A stretch of DNA of 64,000 nt, taken from an uncultured Gemmatimonadales bacterium (GTDB lineage Bacteria; Gemmatimonadota; Gemmatimonadetes; Palauibacterales; Palauibacteraceae). Positions within the stretch are counted from its first letter, which is position 1. The number at the start of each line of letters is the position of its first letter. Positions 36,645 through 48,763 of the stretch are shown in pieces. The stretch lies in the NCBI GenBank assembly GCA_963807645.1, contig CAWECO010000003.1:38005-102004 (forward strand). Direction: 5' to 3'. The notes beneath the pieces were generated by a model, which was not told where the DNA came from, did no database searches, and saw only the letters and a program-made list of their open reading frames with translations. The position numbers and the translations under genes are program-made.

Positions 36645-37007
36645 ATGAACGAGATCCTCCGGAAGGAGATCTGGCGCAAGCTTGAATCGCTGCCGGACGA
36701 CAAGGCGTACCAGGTGCTGGACTACATCAATTATCTCCAGTCCCAGTACGGCGCCGCCGAATCTCAGACGAGCGGATTCCAGAAGTTCGGGGAATTGTTC
36801 CAGGACACGATGCGTAAGCGCAAGGTCCCGGCGACGGCTCTCAAGGAGACCATGAAGGTGATGGGCGCTGCGGACCGTGTGCTGGGAGCTTTTCGGGACG
36901 CCGGCCGTGAGTTTCTGGTTGAGCTCGAAGGAGGAAAGGCCGAGCCGGGTGCGCCCGACCATGACGACGAACCTCCCAAGCCTCGAGAGATCGCCATCGA
37001 CGAGTAG
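36645..37007 (+). CDS. hypothetical small protein (DUF2281-like N-terminus)
   Basis: 120-aa ORF. LESLPDDKAYQVLDYINYLQSQ resembles the DUF2281 motif. The C-terminus is acidic. Confidence 0.45.
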   Translation: MNEILRKEIWRKLESLPDDKAYQVLDYINYLQSQYGAAESQTSGFQKFGELFQDTMRKRKVPATALKETMKVMGAADRVLGAFRDAGREFLVELEGGKAEPGAPDHDDEPPKPREIAIDE

Positions 37008-37153
37008 CGGGTGCCTGCCCTGCCCGGTAACTCTGGCTCTTGTCCAGCCCGACACATATAGGATCCCCTGTCCCGGTTGACGGTACTACCGGCTTGTTCT
37101 ACCGTTTCAGGTTCGACATCCCAAGCACCAGAATGGAGAGCGGCCTCACCGCC

Positions 37154-38614
<1,461 letters not shown>

Positions 38615-38662
38615 ACAGGAGGAAGGTTCATGGAGGGGAAGCGGCGAGGCCGGGGAAGTTCC

Positions 38663-40118
38663 ATGAGGCTGGCATGCCTGATCGCGCCGTTGGGGCTGCT
38701 GGCGGCGTGCAGTTCGCACCCCGAACCGGTCTCGATGGAGCCTACGGCAGCCGCGGCTTCTGCGGTGACCCCTGAGCCGGCGGTCTCAGGCCGACGCGAT
38801 GGCGCTGGCCGAGGCCAAGGCAGAGGGTGTGGACACGGACCGCCTGACGGCGGCGCAGCGTGAGGCCGAGGAAGTCGTGGACAGCCTCGACGAGGTGAAG
38901 CGCGAGGAGTTCTATCTCCTGTTCGGCGCCGATCCCCTCGGGCTCAGCAGCAATCCGGCCAATGCGGCCCGCTACGAGATTCCCCTCGAGACCAACGAGG
39001 CCGTCGAGCGGTGGATCGACTTCTTTGCGGTCAAAGCGCACGATCGCTTCGCCACGTACCTGGCACGCGCCGGCCGATACGAAGACATGATCCGGACTCG
39101 CCTCCGTGCTGCCGGGCTTCCCGAAGATCTTCTGTACCTGGCGATGATCGAGAGCGGCATGAACCCCAATGCCTACAGCCGGGCGCATGCCGCCGGAATG
39201 TGGCAGTTCATCCGCGGGACGGGCCGGCGCTACGACCTGCAGATCGACTTCTGGGTGGACGAGCGGCGGGACCCGTTCAAGGCAACGGACGCGGCTATCG
39301 CTCACCTCAGCGACCTATACGAGGAGTTCGGATCGTGGTACCTGGCGGCGGCTGCGTACAACGCGGGTGCCGGCCGGGTCAGCCGTGGAATCAAGAGGAC
39401 CGGGTCGACGGATTTCTATGACCTGGCCGACGCCCGTGTGCTGCGGAGCGAAACGAGGAACTACGTTCCCAAGCTCGTCGCCGCGGCCGTCATCGCCAAG
39501 AACCCTAAGAAGTATGGCTTCGACGACGTGGTGCCGCAGGAACCGCTCGCGTTCGAGACCGTACAGGTCCCGGACGCGACCAGTTTCGACGTTCTCGCGG
39601 ATGCCGCCGGCGTGAGCGAGAGCAATATCCGCATGCTGAATCCGCATTACCCGCGCCGGGTCACGCCACCGGATCAGTCGGTCGAGCTGCGATTGCCCGT
39701 GGGCACGGGCGAGCGCTTTCTGGTTGCCTACGCGCAGGTTCCGGCTTCGGAGAGGGTTACCTGGCTCGAACACCGCGTACAGCGCGGAGAGACGCTGGGG
39801 CACATCGCCGGTCGCTATGGCACCAGCGTCACCGCGATACGGGCTGCCAACAACAACGTGAATCCGAAGCGTCTCCAGATCGGCCAGCGCCTCATCATTC
39901 CCAGGTCAGGCGCCTCACCGACGCGTGTGGCCAGTGCCGCTCCGGCGGGTGGAGCTACCGCGTCCGGGTCCGGCTCGCTGAGCGTGACCGTACGGCGTGG
40001 CGATACGCTGTGGGACATCAGCCGCCGCTACAACGTCACGACTACTCATTTGATGCAGATCAACGGGCTGAGCTCGAGCCGAATCCATCCTGGCGATCGG
40101 ATTACGGTGCGGCGGTAA
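38663..40118 (+). CDS. membrane-bound lytic murein transglycosylase (MltD-like; SLT domain + 2 LysM), one frame break after the signal peptide
   Basis: The lipoprotein signal MRLACLIAPLGLLAAC is in one frame. The body, in the +1 frame from about 38790, has MIESGMNPNAYSRAHAAGMWQFIRGTG and AAAYNAGAG. The LysM domains are VQRGETLGHIAGRYGTSVTAIRAANN and VRRGDTLWDISRRYNVTTTHLMQINGL. Confidence 0.8.
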
Positions 40119-40149
40119 GCCCAAAGGTCTGGTTTGAGCCGGGTCTGAA

Positions 40150-41052
40150 TCAGCCTGCGGTGGAGGGCGCCGGCAGGTAGGAAGCGAACTCGGTACCGCT
40201 CAGGTACTCGTGGACTTCCCCGTAGTTCGAGAGGTAGTCGGATACCTGTGCCCGGCTCGTCCTCACGTACCGTGTCTCGACAGGTGCTGTCTCCAAGCCC
40301 AGGTACTCCAGCACCCGGTCGCTGACGGCCTGGTGGTTTGCCGAATTCAGCAGGTCTTCCTCGTACGTAACTCGAACGTGCGGTATCCCCTCCAGGGCGG
40401 CCAACTCCGCCTCGTCCGCATTCCTCCGCTCACGCATCGCCGCCTCGAGGCGAGTCGGATCGATGGCGATCGAATCCACTCCCGTACCACCGGACTTGCG
40501 ATCGAGGAACTGCCCACGCGTCTCGGCGACAACCAGAGAGAGAGCCTTCCGAAACAGGTCCTCTCTCACCAGATAGATGACCTTCCAACCCCCGGAATGC
40601 AGATCCAGCATGAACCTATGCGGGTCCTCGATGCCCTGGTCGTCCGTCATCTGGTAGATCTTCATCTTGCATCCGTAGGCGGGCTTCGGCGACAGATCTG
40701 CCCGCGCGTGCAGGTAGTCCCACGGCTTCAGAAGCCGCGCCGCTACCTTCTCGTTGAAGATCTCGCTCTCGCAGTAGACGTCGGGATGGGATCCGATCAG
40801 GTCGAGGAGGACGCTGCTTCCACTGCGTCCCTGGCCGTAGATCACGAACTTGATCTGCGGGCCGCCGCCGGAGCCCAAGAGCTGCCGACCAGCCATGCGC
40901 GAGTAGATCCAGAGTTCCTTGACGTGCGTCCGAGCCGACAGGCGAGCACCCCATCGCTTGGCCCCGATCAGGGCACGGCGCAGCGGAGGCACCCGTCTGA
41001 CAAACGCTCGGACCGGGCCCACCCGTTCGGAGGTCTGGGGCTCAGCTATCAC
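40150..41052 (-). CDS. sulfotransferase (Stf0-like)
   Basis: FVIYGQGRSGSSVLLDLIGSHPDVYCESEIF (PAPS 5-prime-phosphosulfate loop) and KVIYLVREDLFRKALSLVVAETRGQF (3-prime-phosphate motif). Its start overlaps the stop of the dehydrogenase gene. Confidence 0.65.
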   Translation of the reverse strand: MIAEPQTSERVGPVRAFVRRVPPLRRALIGAKRWGARLSARTHVKELWIYSRMAGRQLLGSGGGPQIKFVIYGQGRSGSSVLLDLIGSHPDVYCESEIFNEKVAARLLKPWDYLHARADLSPKPAYGCKMKIYQMTDDQGIEDPHRFMLDLHSGGWKVIYLVREDLFRKALSLVVAETRGQFLDRKSGGTGVDSIAIDPTRLEAAMRERRNADEAELAALEGIPHVRVTYEEDLLNSANHQAVSDRVLEYLGLETAPVETRYVRTSRAQVSDYLSNYGEVHEYLSGTEFASYLPAPSTAG

Positions 41053-42415
41053 GTCCGCCCTCGGCGTCTGGCGCGCGTCGTGAACCAGCCCGCGGCGGTC
41101 CGGCGATCGGGTACACGACTGCTTTCTCGGCGCTCTTCATCACGTTCCTGGGATCCACTACGAGCGAGGCGTGGCGGCCGACCAGGTCGTAGTCCACGTC
41201 GCTGTGATCCGTGGCGATCAACACCAGGTCCGTGCCTTCGAGGCGGTCCGCGGTCAGCTCCACCGAGACCAGGTCCCCGGCTTCCACCTCCAGCGACGGC
41301 ACGTGCGGATCGTGATACTCGACCGCAGCCCCTCGCTGTCGGAGCAGAGCCATGATATCCAGCGCTGGGCTCTCGCGCGTGTCACCCACGTCCGGCTTGT
41401 AGGCGACGCCGAGCACGAGCACCCGGCTGCCGTTGACCGCCTTCTGAACCGAGTTGAGCGCCTCGGCCGCTCTTCGGATCACGTACAGGGGCATCTCGGC
41501 GTTGACCTCTGCGGCCAGCTCGATGAAGCGCGTCCGGTACTGCAGGGTCTTCATCTTCCAGGCGAGAAAGAGCGGATCGATCGGAATGCAGTGCCCGCCA
41601 AGACCTGGACCGGGGAAGAACCGCATGAAACCGTACGGCTTGGTCGCAGCGGCGTCGATCACCTCCCACACGTCGATTCCGAGCCTGTCGGAGATGACGG
41701 CCATCTCGTTCACCAGGCCGATGTTCACGGCCCGGAACGTGTTCTCGAGGATCTTGGCCAGCTCGGCGACCTCGGGAGACGAAACCTCGACCACCTGGTC
41801 GATGACGTCGACGTACAGGGCTACGGCCAGGCGGTGGCAACTCTTCGTAAGCCCGCCGACGATCTTCGGTGTGTTGCCGATGCCGCCACGTGGGGTTCGC
41901 CGGATCGACCCGCTCCGGACTGAACGCGACGAAGAAGTCCGACCCCACCTTGAGGCCCGACGCCTCGAGGGCCGGTGTCACCAGGTCGCGAGTCGTTCCC
42001 GGATAGGTCGTGGACTCGAGCACCACCAGCTGGCCTCTTCCGAAGCACGCTCGCGTCAGCGACTCGGTGGCCTGCATGACGTACGAGAGATCTGGGTCCT
42101 CGGTCTTCGACAGCGGCGTCGGGACGCAGATAACGACGGCGTCGACCTCCGCCAGTCTCGCGAAATCCGTGGTGGCCGACAGAAGGCCGCTGTCGACCGC
42201 GGATGCGACGGCCTCGGACGGCACGTCTCCAATGTGCGATCGCCCGGCCGATCAGTCCGTCGACGACCTGCGGATCCACATCGATGCCCAGCACGTGAAA
42301 GCCCGCTTCGACGAAGGCGATGGCAAGCGGCAGGCCCACGTAGCCGAGGCCGACGATGCCGACGACGGCTTCGTGAGTCTTCGATCTTCGACAGCAGTGA
42401 ATCGTATTCAGACAT
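41042..42415 (-). CDS. nucleotide-sugar 6-dehydrogenase (UDP-glucose/GDP-mannose dehydrogenase family, WbpA/WecC/TviB-like), three frame breaks in this sequence
   Basis: MSEYDSLLSKIEDS | HEAVVGIVGLGYVGLPLAIAFVEAGFHVLGIDVD | GRSHIGDVPSEAV..VVICVPTPL..ESTTYPGTT..FSPERVDP | GIGNTPKIVGG..AELAKILENTFRAVNIGLVNE..FFPGPGLGGHCIPIDP..VLGVAYKPDVGDTRESPA. Breaks are near 42375, 42248 and 41885. Confidence 0.85.
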
Positions 42416-42587
42416 TCCGTTTGTCCCCGCGACTTGCGTTTCGAGCGGCGCACGTCGACGTACTCAGATCCCGGAATTCAAGCACATTTCGTGCCCGTCG
42501 CCGTGCCCACCGGGACCGCAGATGCAAAACGGCCGGCGGGACATCCGTCCGCCGGCCGCCAGAATGCTCGAGACGGTTGCCGGCAGG

Positions 42588-43290
42588 CTACTCGCTTCCC
42601 ATGATCCGGGTCGCGTAGCCGTTCGCCGGGTCGCCGCCATTGGCAACGATCGCCCGAACCGTTCCCGGTCCCCGATTGTAGGCCAGCAGGGCCAGTCTCA
42701 TGTCGCCGGCGTTCTCTTCGAGCAGGAGCCGGAGATAGCGGAAGCCGAGCCGCAGATTGACGTCCCTCTCGTACAGGTTGGTCTCGTCCACGTTCGCGTC
42801 GAGCCACTTCGCGGTGCTCGGCAGGATCTGCGTGTAGCCGACAGCGCCTGCCTCGCTGAGCGCATTCCGTCGGAAGGACGACTCGGTCTCGACGAGGCGG
42901 AATGCCAGCTCCGGGTCGAGATCCTCGGAAATGGCGATCGAGTGGATCGCCTGCGCGAGATCCGCCGGAATGCGGTACCGGGATGAGTAGTCGATGATCT
43001 CGAGCGAGATTGTCATTCTGCAGTCTGAACGAGCGCGTGTCTCGCCGGCCGCATCCCGCCCGGCCGCTTGCGCTGCCTGAACGGCAGCCTCCGCCTCCAC
43101 CAGCCGCGGACGCACCGAGCCCAGCGACCCAGGCGGTATTCAGGGCGACGGCCACCCCCAGCACGAGGACCGCCACCCGGACCCCGGGCCCCGGACCTCG
43201 CCGCGCATCACGCAGTTGCTCCCGGAGGTCCACGACCGCATGCAGCAGCGGCTTCGGTCCCAGGTGAAGTTGCTCATTCTTCTTCGACAT
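42588..43290 (-). CDS. membrane-anchored soluble-lytic-transglycosylase-domain protein, one frame break
   Basis: MSKKNEQ..VRVAVLVLGVAVALNTAWV (TM) is in one frame. The SLT core is VETESSFRRNALSEAGAVGYTQILPSTAKW..LALLAYNRGPGTV, in the frame of ORF 42588..43115. The break is near 43100-43125. Confidence 0.7.
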
Positions 43291-43335
43291 CTATTCCAGC
43301 TCCTGCTCGAGTTTCGATCGCATTACGACTCGTCC

Positions 43336-43830
43336 TCACGCATCGTTCCGACTCCACTGACCGCTGCTTCCGCCCGACTTGTGCGTCAGCCGCACCGGGC
43401 CGAGATCTCCATCCCACGGTCCATCGCCTTGCACATGTCGTACACGGCCAGCAGTCCTGCCGATACCGCGCACATGGCCTCCATCTCGACACCGGTGCGC
43501 GACTCGGTCGTCACTACCACACTGAGACGTATACCCGGAAGCTCCGGTTTCGGCTCGATCTCGACGTCTATTCCGTCGAGCGCGAGGGGGTGGCACAGCG
43601 GAATCAAATCCGCCGTGCGCTTGGCTCCACCGATCGACGGCCAGCCGGGCCACCGTAAGGACGTCTCCCTTCTGCACTTCGTTGGCGAGGATCGCGTCCA
43701 GCGTCGACCGCTGCATGCGGATCTCGCCCTCTGCCACGGCACGCCGTCGCGTCACCGCTTTCGCGCTGACGTCCACCATGCTGGCGCGGCCCTGCTCATC
43801 CAGGTGTGTGAGCGATTCCGATTTCACCAT
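43336..43830 (-). CDS. moaC: cyclic pyranopterin monophosphate synthase MoaC, two frame breaks
   Basis: [39 protein letters not shown] | [50 protein letters not shown] | [16 protein letters not shown]. Breaks are near 43645 and 43400. Confidence 0.8.
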   Translation of the reverse strand: MVKSESLTHLDEQGRASMVDVSAKAVTRRRAVAEGEIRMQRSTLDAILANEVQKGDVLTVARLAVDRWSQAHGGFDSAVPPPRARRNRRRDRAETGASGYTSQCGSDDRVAHRCRDGGHVRGIGRTAGRVRHVQGDGPWDGDLGPVRLTHKSGGSSGQWSRNDA

Positions 43831-45005
43831 AATCCTTACTAATACCCAGATGCCAGCTGGGAGTTCCCACTCCCGGGATCGCTTCGTCCCGCAGCCCAGT
43901 CGCGGCCAGATCCGCAAGCAGGACGGCCACGATTCCCTGCGGGTTTCCGTTGCCGGCCGCCGCATCTCGAGCGGTCTCCACGTGGCGGGCCGCCTCGACC
44001 AGCCGCTCGGGCGACAGGGATCGTATCTCGGTGATCCGGTCTGCGATCCCCTCATCGAGCACGGCATCCGGCGCACCGGCGGCAATCGATGCCGCGTCTC
44101 TGACGGTGCGCTCAAGGACGTCCAGCATGCCCGAGAATGCGCCTCGTGCGCCGGCTGGCGGATATCCGGCGGCCAGGCGAAGCCGGTCCGCTCGCGATCC
44201 GCGCACCGCGCAGGCCAGGAGGCCCCCGGCCTCGACCCTGACGTCAGGTCCACCGTCGGTTGACCGCCCAGTGAGGACGGTGCCGATCGAGCCCTCGGAG
44301 CGCCGGGCCGCGGCCGCAGCCTCGTCCGCGTCCATTCCACCATGCTCCACGAGAAAGGCCGTCGCCTCGTCCGGAGATGGCGGTGTGACGCGCACCTCGA
44401 GTACGCGGGAGCGGACCGTCGGCAATAAGGCCCCCGGTCGACTCGACGTCAGAAACACGAGGGTATCGGCCGGTGGTTCCTCGAGAAGCTTGAGGAACGC
44501 ATTCGCCGCTTCGGGGCTGGAGGCCTGCGGCACCATGCGCTCGGCGTCACCGATCACGAACACGGACGATCGCCCCATGGCCGGTCGGCGTATGGCCCGC
44601 GCGCGAATCTCCTCGACGATAGGCAGGAAGATGGACGCGGCCTCATCACCCGCGGTGGTCCACAGCGGGTTGGCGCGCCGGGACTCCAGCTCCTCGAGCC
44701 GCGCTTCCTCCAACTTCTGGCGCCGCCGGTCTCCCGAGACCTTCTTCGGGGACGGGAGCGGGAAGAACCAGTGAATGTCCGGATGTTGAAGGTCGTCGGC
44801 GAGGTGGCACGAAGTGCACCGGCCGCAGGGCCTTCCCTCAGGCGTATCGCACTGCACGAGAGCGGCGAGCCACAGGGCGAGCCGCTGCTTTCCGATACCC
44901 GGCGGACCGCGAAAGAGAAGGGACTGAGGGATCCGGCCCGATTCCGCGGCCCGGGTGAGTCGAGCCTGAAGCTCGGAATGTCCCGACCACCGGATGGAGG
45001 CTCAC
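43796..45005 (-). CDS. holB: DNA polymerase III delta-prime subunit (HolB), one frame break near the N-terminus
   Basis: GTG-MSLHPVVG | [88 protein letters not shown]. The break is near 44975. The start GTG overlaps the envC-like stop (GTGA). Confidence 0.8.
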
Positions 45006-46226
45006 GATCGTCCTCGCAACCAGCGGACGGGATCCACCTGCCGTGGGTTTCCGTCCCGCCCCGGCTCGTAGATCTGAAACTCCACGTGCGTTCCCGCGGC
45101 GGAGCCCTCGTCGCCGCCAACGTGCCCGATCACCTGCCCACCGTTGACCCGGTCTCCCGATCGGACGTTCAGGTCCTGCAGGTACAGATACCCGGACCAA
45201 TAGCCACCGCCGTGGTCGATGATCACGGTCTGCCCGAGCACTCCCCTCGAGCCGGCCCAGGCGACGGAGCCCGACTCCACGGCCGCGACCGGGGTACCCC
45301 TGGGGGCCCCGATACCGATGCCTTTCCAGACGTCTTCGACGTCCGGCTTCGCCTCTCCAAACCGGTAGACGACGCTGCCCTGGACCGGCCAGTTGAGACT
45401 CCCGAGGTCAGACGTGCGGAGCGTGGGGGCGGTGCTCGTACCGGCCACCCGCTCCGCCTCCCGCCGGGCACGCTCGAGCTCTCCCAGCAGGTTGCCGAGC
45501 TGGCGCTCCTCCTCCTCCAACTGCGTGATCCGTGTCTGGGCCTGCGCCACCCGACGCTGGGTGTTCGCGAGGCGGCGCTCGCGCTGTGTCTCGAGTGTCT
45601 CGAGGTCGACGACTTCTCGCTGCTTCTCTCCTCGGAGCGCGCGAAGGCGGGCGAATTCCTGGGCCAGCTGTTGCCGTTGATCGACGAGGTGTCTCCTCCA
45701 GTCGTTGGACCTGGCCGACCAGGGTCCGGTCGTACCGGGCCACCAGGTGAAGGTACTTGTACCGGCTGATCAGGTCGCCGAACGAACGGGCTTCCATCAC
45801 GACCTGAACGGCATGGAGGTCGCCCCGCTTGTAGATCTCACGCAGGCGGGCCTCGAGCTCGGTGCGCCGCAACACGAGGTCGTCGTGCGTGTGGAGCATG
45901 TCCCGCGTGGTCTCGTCGACCTGGATCGCATACGCCTGGATCTGGAGGTCGAGCTCATCAAGGGCACCGCGCGACGACCCGATACGCCGCTCGATGTTCG
46001 AGATTTCCTCGGAAAACGTGTGGACCTGGCCGCGCAGATCATCATACTCACGTGCCAGCTGCTGCTTCTCGCGGCGAATCTGGTCCAGCCGATCCTGGCT
46101 GTCCCGGATCTGGTCCCCGATCGCGCTCTGGGCCGCGAGATCGCCGGCGCTACTGACCACCAGGGCCGCCGCGAGGACGGCCAGGCACCTCAGCCCCGGC
46201 ATCCGCGTCGGACGATCAGTAGACAT
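45002..46226 (-). CDS. EnvC-like murein hydrolase activator (coiled coil + M23/LytM domain), one frame break
   Basis: Signal peptide, then a long coiled coil (DRLDQIRREKQQLAREYDDLRG.. | ..QRQQLAQEFARLRALRGEKQREV..ITQLEEEERQL). Then the M23 domain: WPVQGSVVYRFGE..GIGIGAPRGTPVAAVESGSVAWAG..GQTVIIDHGGGYWSGY. The break is near 45690. Confidence 0.8.
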
Positions 46227-47079
46227 TCAGCCGACGCAGCTCCCGCCGAACCGCCCGACCGGCGGCGAGCATTCCGAGGACTCCGGCGAAGGTCAAACCG
46301 GCCGTGGTCCACAGGCCGGGAAGCCACGAGAGCGTGACGAGTGTGCGCTCGACGGCCTGGTAGGTACCGAACGTGAGGGCAAGGGCGAGCAAGCCTCCGC
46401 CAAGTCCGGTCATCAGACCCTCGATAAGGAAGGGTCGCCGGATGTAGCAATCGGTGGCGCCCACGGTCTGCATGATCGCGATTTCACGGGCTCGCGCGAG
46501 CACCGACATGCGTACGGCGATCCCGATGAGCAGAGCGGCCCCGAACGCGAAGCTCAGCCCGAGAATGACCGCCGCTCCTCCGGCCACCCGGCGGAGCGAA
46601 TAGATCCGGTCCACCCACTCGCGGCCGTACCTCGCCTCTTCCACGAAATGGTAGGAGGTGACTCGGTCGGCTACGGTCTCCACGTCCGCTGGGGTGCGGA
46701 AGTCCGGTCGAAGGGCGATCTCGAGGGAGGCGGGAAGCGGATTCACTTCCAGGTCCGAGTAGACGTCCGAGAACTCGGTCAGTTCCCGGGACGCTTCGTA
46801 AAGGGCCTCGACCTTCGAGACGTAGCGGGCCGACTCGACTTCCGGGTACGACTCGATCTCGTGCCGAGCGATCTCGATCAGTTCCTCGGACGCGTCGTCC
46901 CGCAGGTACGCGACGACCTCGACGCGTCCCTCCACGTCGGAGAGAGCCACGTCGATGTTGTGGGCCGTGAGGGCGAAGAGGCCTATGCTGAAGACGCTGA
47001 GTCCGATGGCCATTACGGACAGGACCGTCAGCGCCGGTGCGCGGCGAATTCCGGACAGGGCCTCGCGAAGCGACCTCAC
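46216..47079 (-). CDS. ftsX: cell-division ABC transporter permease FtsX
   Basis: LREALSGIRRAPALTVLSVMAIGLSVFSIGLF, a periplasmic loop and three C-terminal TM helices. It overlaps both ftsE and the envC-like gene. Confidence 0.9.
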   Translation of the reverse strand: MRSLREALSGIRRAPALTVLSVMAIGLSVFSIGLFALTAHNIDVALSDVEGRVEVVAYLRDDASEELIEIARHEIESYPEVESARYVSKVEALYEASRELTEFSDVYSDLEVNPLPASLEIALRPDFRTPADVETVADRVTSYHFVEEARYGREWVDRIYSLRRVAGGAAVILGLSFAFGAALLIGIAVRMSVLARAREIAIMQTVGATDCYIRRPFLIEGLMTGLGGGLLALALTFGTYQAVERTLVTLSWLPGLWTTAGLTFAGVLGMLAAGRAVRRELRRLNVY

Positions 47080-47756
47080 GGGACGGAGTCCGCGGCCGAA
47101 TCGAACACCAGCCGTCCCTGTTCGAGCTCGATCACCCTGATCTTGCGGTGGCGTCTCAGGAGCTCGGCATCGTGCGTGGCCATGAGGACGGACGTGCCCG
47201 AGGCGTTGATGCGCTGGAACAACTCGAATACACCGGAACTGGCACGCTCATCGAGGTTTCCCATCGGTTCGTCAGCGAGCAGAACGAGGGGCTCGTTCGC
47301 GAGGGCCCGCGCGACGGCGACTCGCTGTTGCTCGCCTCCCGACAGCTCGCGAGGGAGTGCCTGGGCACGAGAGGCCAGGCCCACCTGGTTCAGCAGCTTC
47401 TGAACGCGCGGCCCGATCTTCGCTCTCGGGAGGCCCGTCACCTGGAGCGCGAAGGCGACGTTCTCCTCGGCGGTGAGGTTCTCCAGGAGTCTGAAGTCCT
47501 GGAAGATGTAGCCGACGCGTCGGCGGAGATCGGGAAGATCCCGCCGCTTGATTCTACTCGAACTGTACCGCGATACCCTGACCTCCCCGGAGCTCGGCCG
47601 GTGCAACATGTGCACGAGCTTGAGGATCGTGGTCTTGCCAGCACCCGACGCACCGGTGAGGAAAGCGAATTCGCCCTTCCGGAGGTGGAACGAGATGTCG
47701 AGCACCGCGGGAGACGACCCGCCGAAGCTCTTGGTCACCGAGCGAAACTTAACCAC
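47076..47756 (-). CDS. ftsE: cell-division ATP-binding protein FtsE
   Basis: LTGASGAGKTTILKL (Walker A), LSGGEQQRVAVARAL (signature) and LLADEPMGNLD (Walker B). Confidence 0.9.
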   Translation of the reverse strand: MVKFRSVTKSFGGSSPAVLDISFHLRKGEFAFLTGASGAGKTTILKLVHMLHRPSSGEVRVSRYSSSRIKRRDLPDLRRRVGYIFQDFRLLENLTAEENVAFALQVTGLPRAKIGPRVQKLLNQVGLASRAQALPRELSGGEQQRVAVARALANEPLVLLADEPMGNLDERASSGVFELFQRINASGTSVLMATHDAELLRRHRKIRVIELEQGRLVFDSAADSVP

Positions 47757-47763
47757 CCTCTCC

Positions 47764-48723
47764 TTACCTCCCCCGACGACAGAAACGAATGCACTGAGCC
47801 ACGGCGGCCTTCATGGACGAAGGATCGGCCAGCCCACGTCCCGCGATGTCGAACGCCGTGCCATGATCCGGCGAAGTGCGGGGGAAGGGAAGTCCCGCGG
47901 TCACGTTCACGCCCGTTTCGCTCGCCAGGGTTTTGAGGACCGCGAGGCCAACGTCGTGATACGGAACGACCACCAGGTCCACCGTTCCCTCGAGACACCT
48001 CCGGAACACGGTATCGGCCGGGAAGATGCCCGCAATTTCAGCGTCTCCCGCGGCGGCCAGGCGCTCGGCGGCGGGTGCCAGGATTCGCTCCTCCTCGTCG
48101 CCGAACAGACCCCGCTCCGAAGCGTGCGGGTTCACGCCGGCAAACGCAAGGCGCGGTCGGTCGATGCCCCACCAGTCCTTGAGAGCGCGGGCCGCGATCG
48201 CGGAACGCCGAACTACGAGCTCGATATTGAGGAGTTCCGGCACGGTTCGGAGCGGCACGTGAACCGTCAGCAGGGCTATGCGGAGCGGCCCGCCCAGCAA
48301 CGTGTCCTCCGCCGCCATGACCATGGTCACGTCCGGGACCCCGCAGCGATCCCGGAGGAACTCCGTGTGGCCCGGGAAGTCATACCCTGCGGCCCGGAGC
48401 GCCGTCTTGGCGATCGGGGCTGTCACAATGCCGTCTACTCTCCCGGACAGGGCCATCGAAATGCCCGCCTCGATGGCCCTTCCCGAATGCTCGCCGGCTT
48501 CGCGCTCGCCACCCTGCCGCCAGGTTCCGGTCTCCTCGTATTCGACTTCCCGAGGAAACCGGAGGTGGGGATGCAGCGAACCGGGCGTGGGTCCGATCAC
48601 GACGTACTCCGCCGCTCTGGCGAGCTCCGGTTCCGCGAGCGCGGCCCGAACGATTTCAGGACCGATTCCCCTCGGGTCGCCGAGTGTGACGGCTATCCTG
48701 GGTCGCTGGGATGTCTTCGGCAT
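47764..48723 (-). CDS. pdxA: 4-hydroxythreonine-4-phosphate dehydrogenase PdxA
   Basis: IAVTLGDPRGIGPEIV, GYDFPGHTEFL and RTSPDHGTAFDIAGRGLADPSSM. Confidence 0.9.
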   Translation of the reverse strand: MPKTSQRPRIAVTLGDPRGIGPEIVRAALAEPELARAAEYVVIGPTPGSLHPHLRFPREVEYEETGTWRQGGEREAGEHSGRAIEAGISMALSGRVDGIVTAPIAKTALRAAGYDFPGHTEFLRDRCGVPDVTMVMAAEDTLLGGPLRIALLTVHVPLRTVPELLNIELVVRRSAIAARALKDWWGIDRPRLAFAGVNPHASERGLFGDEEERILAPAAERLAAAGDAEIAGIFPADTVFRRCLEGTVDLVVVPYHDVGLAVLKTLASETGVNVTAGLPFPRTSPDHGTAFDIAGRGLADPSSMKAAVAQCIRFCRRGR

Positions 48724-48763
48724 ATCTCGCAGGATGGATCAGCGTCGTCCGTAATGTGAGCGG

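Noticed and set aside
41454-47403. Long plus-strand ORFs (41454..42986, 43950..44774, 44771..45769, 45862..47403, 47548..48759)
   Set aside because: All lie opposite well-supported minus-strand genes (sugar dehydrogenase, SLT, holB, envC-like, ftsX, ftsE, pdxA) and have no family signatures.
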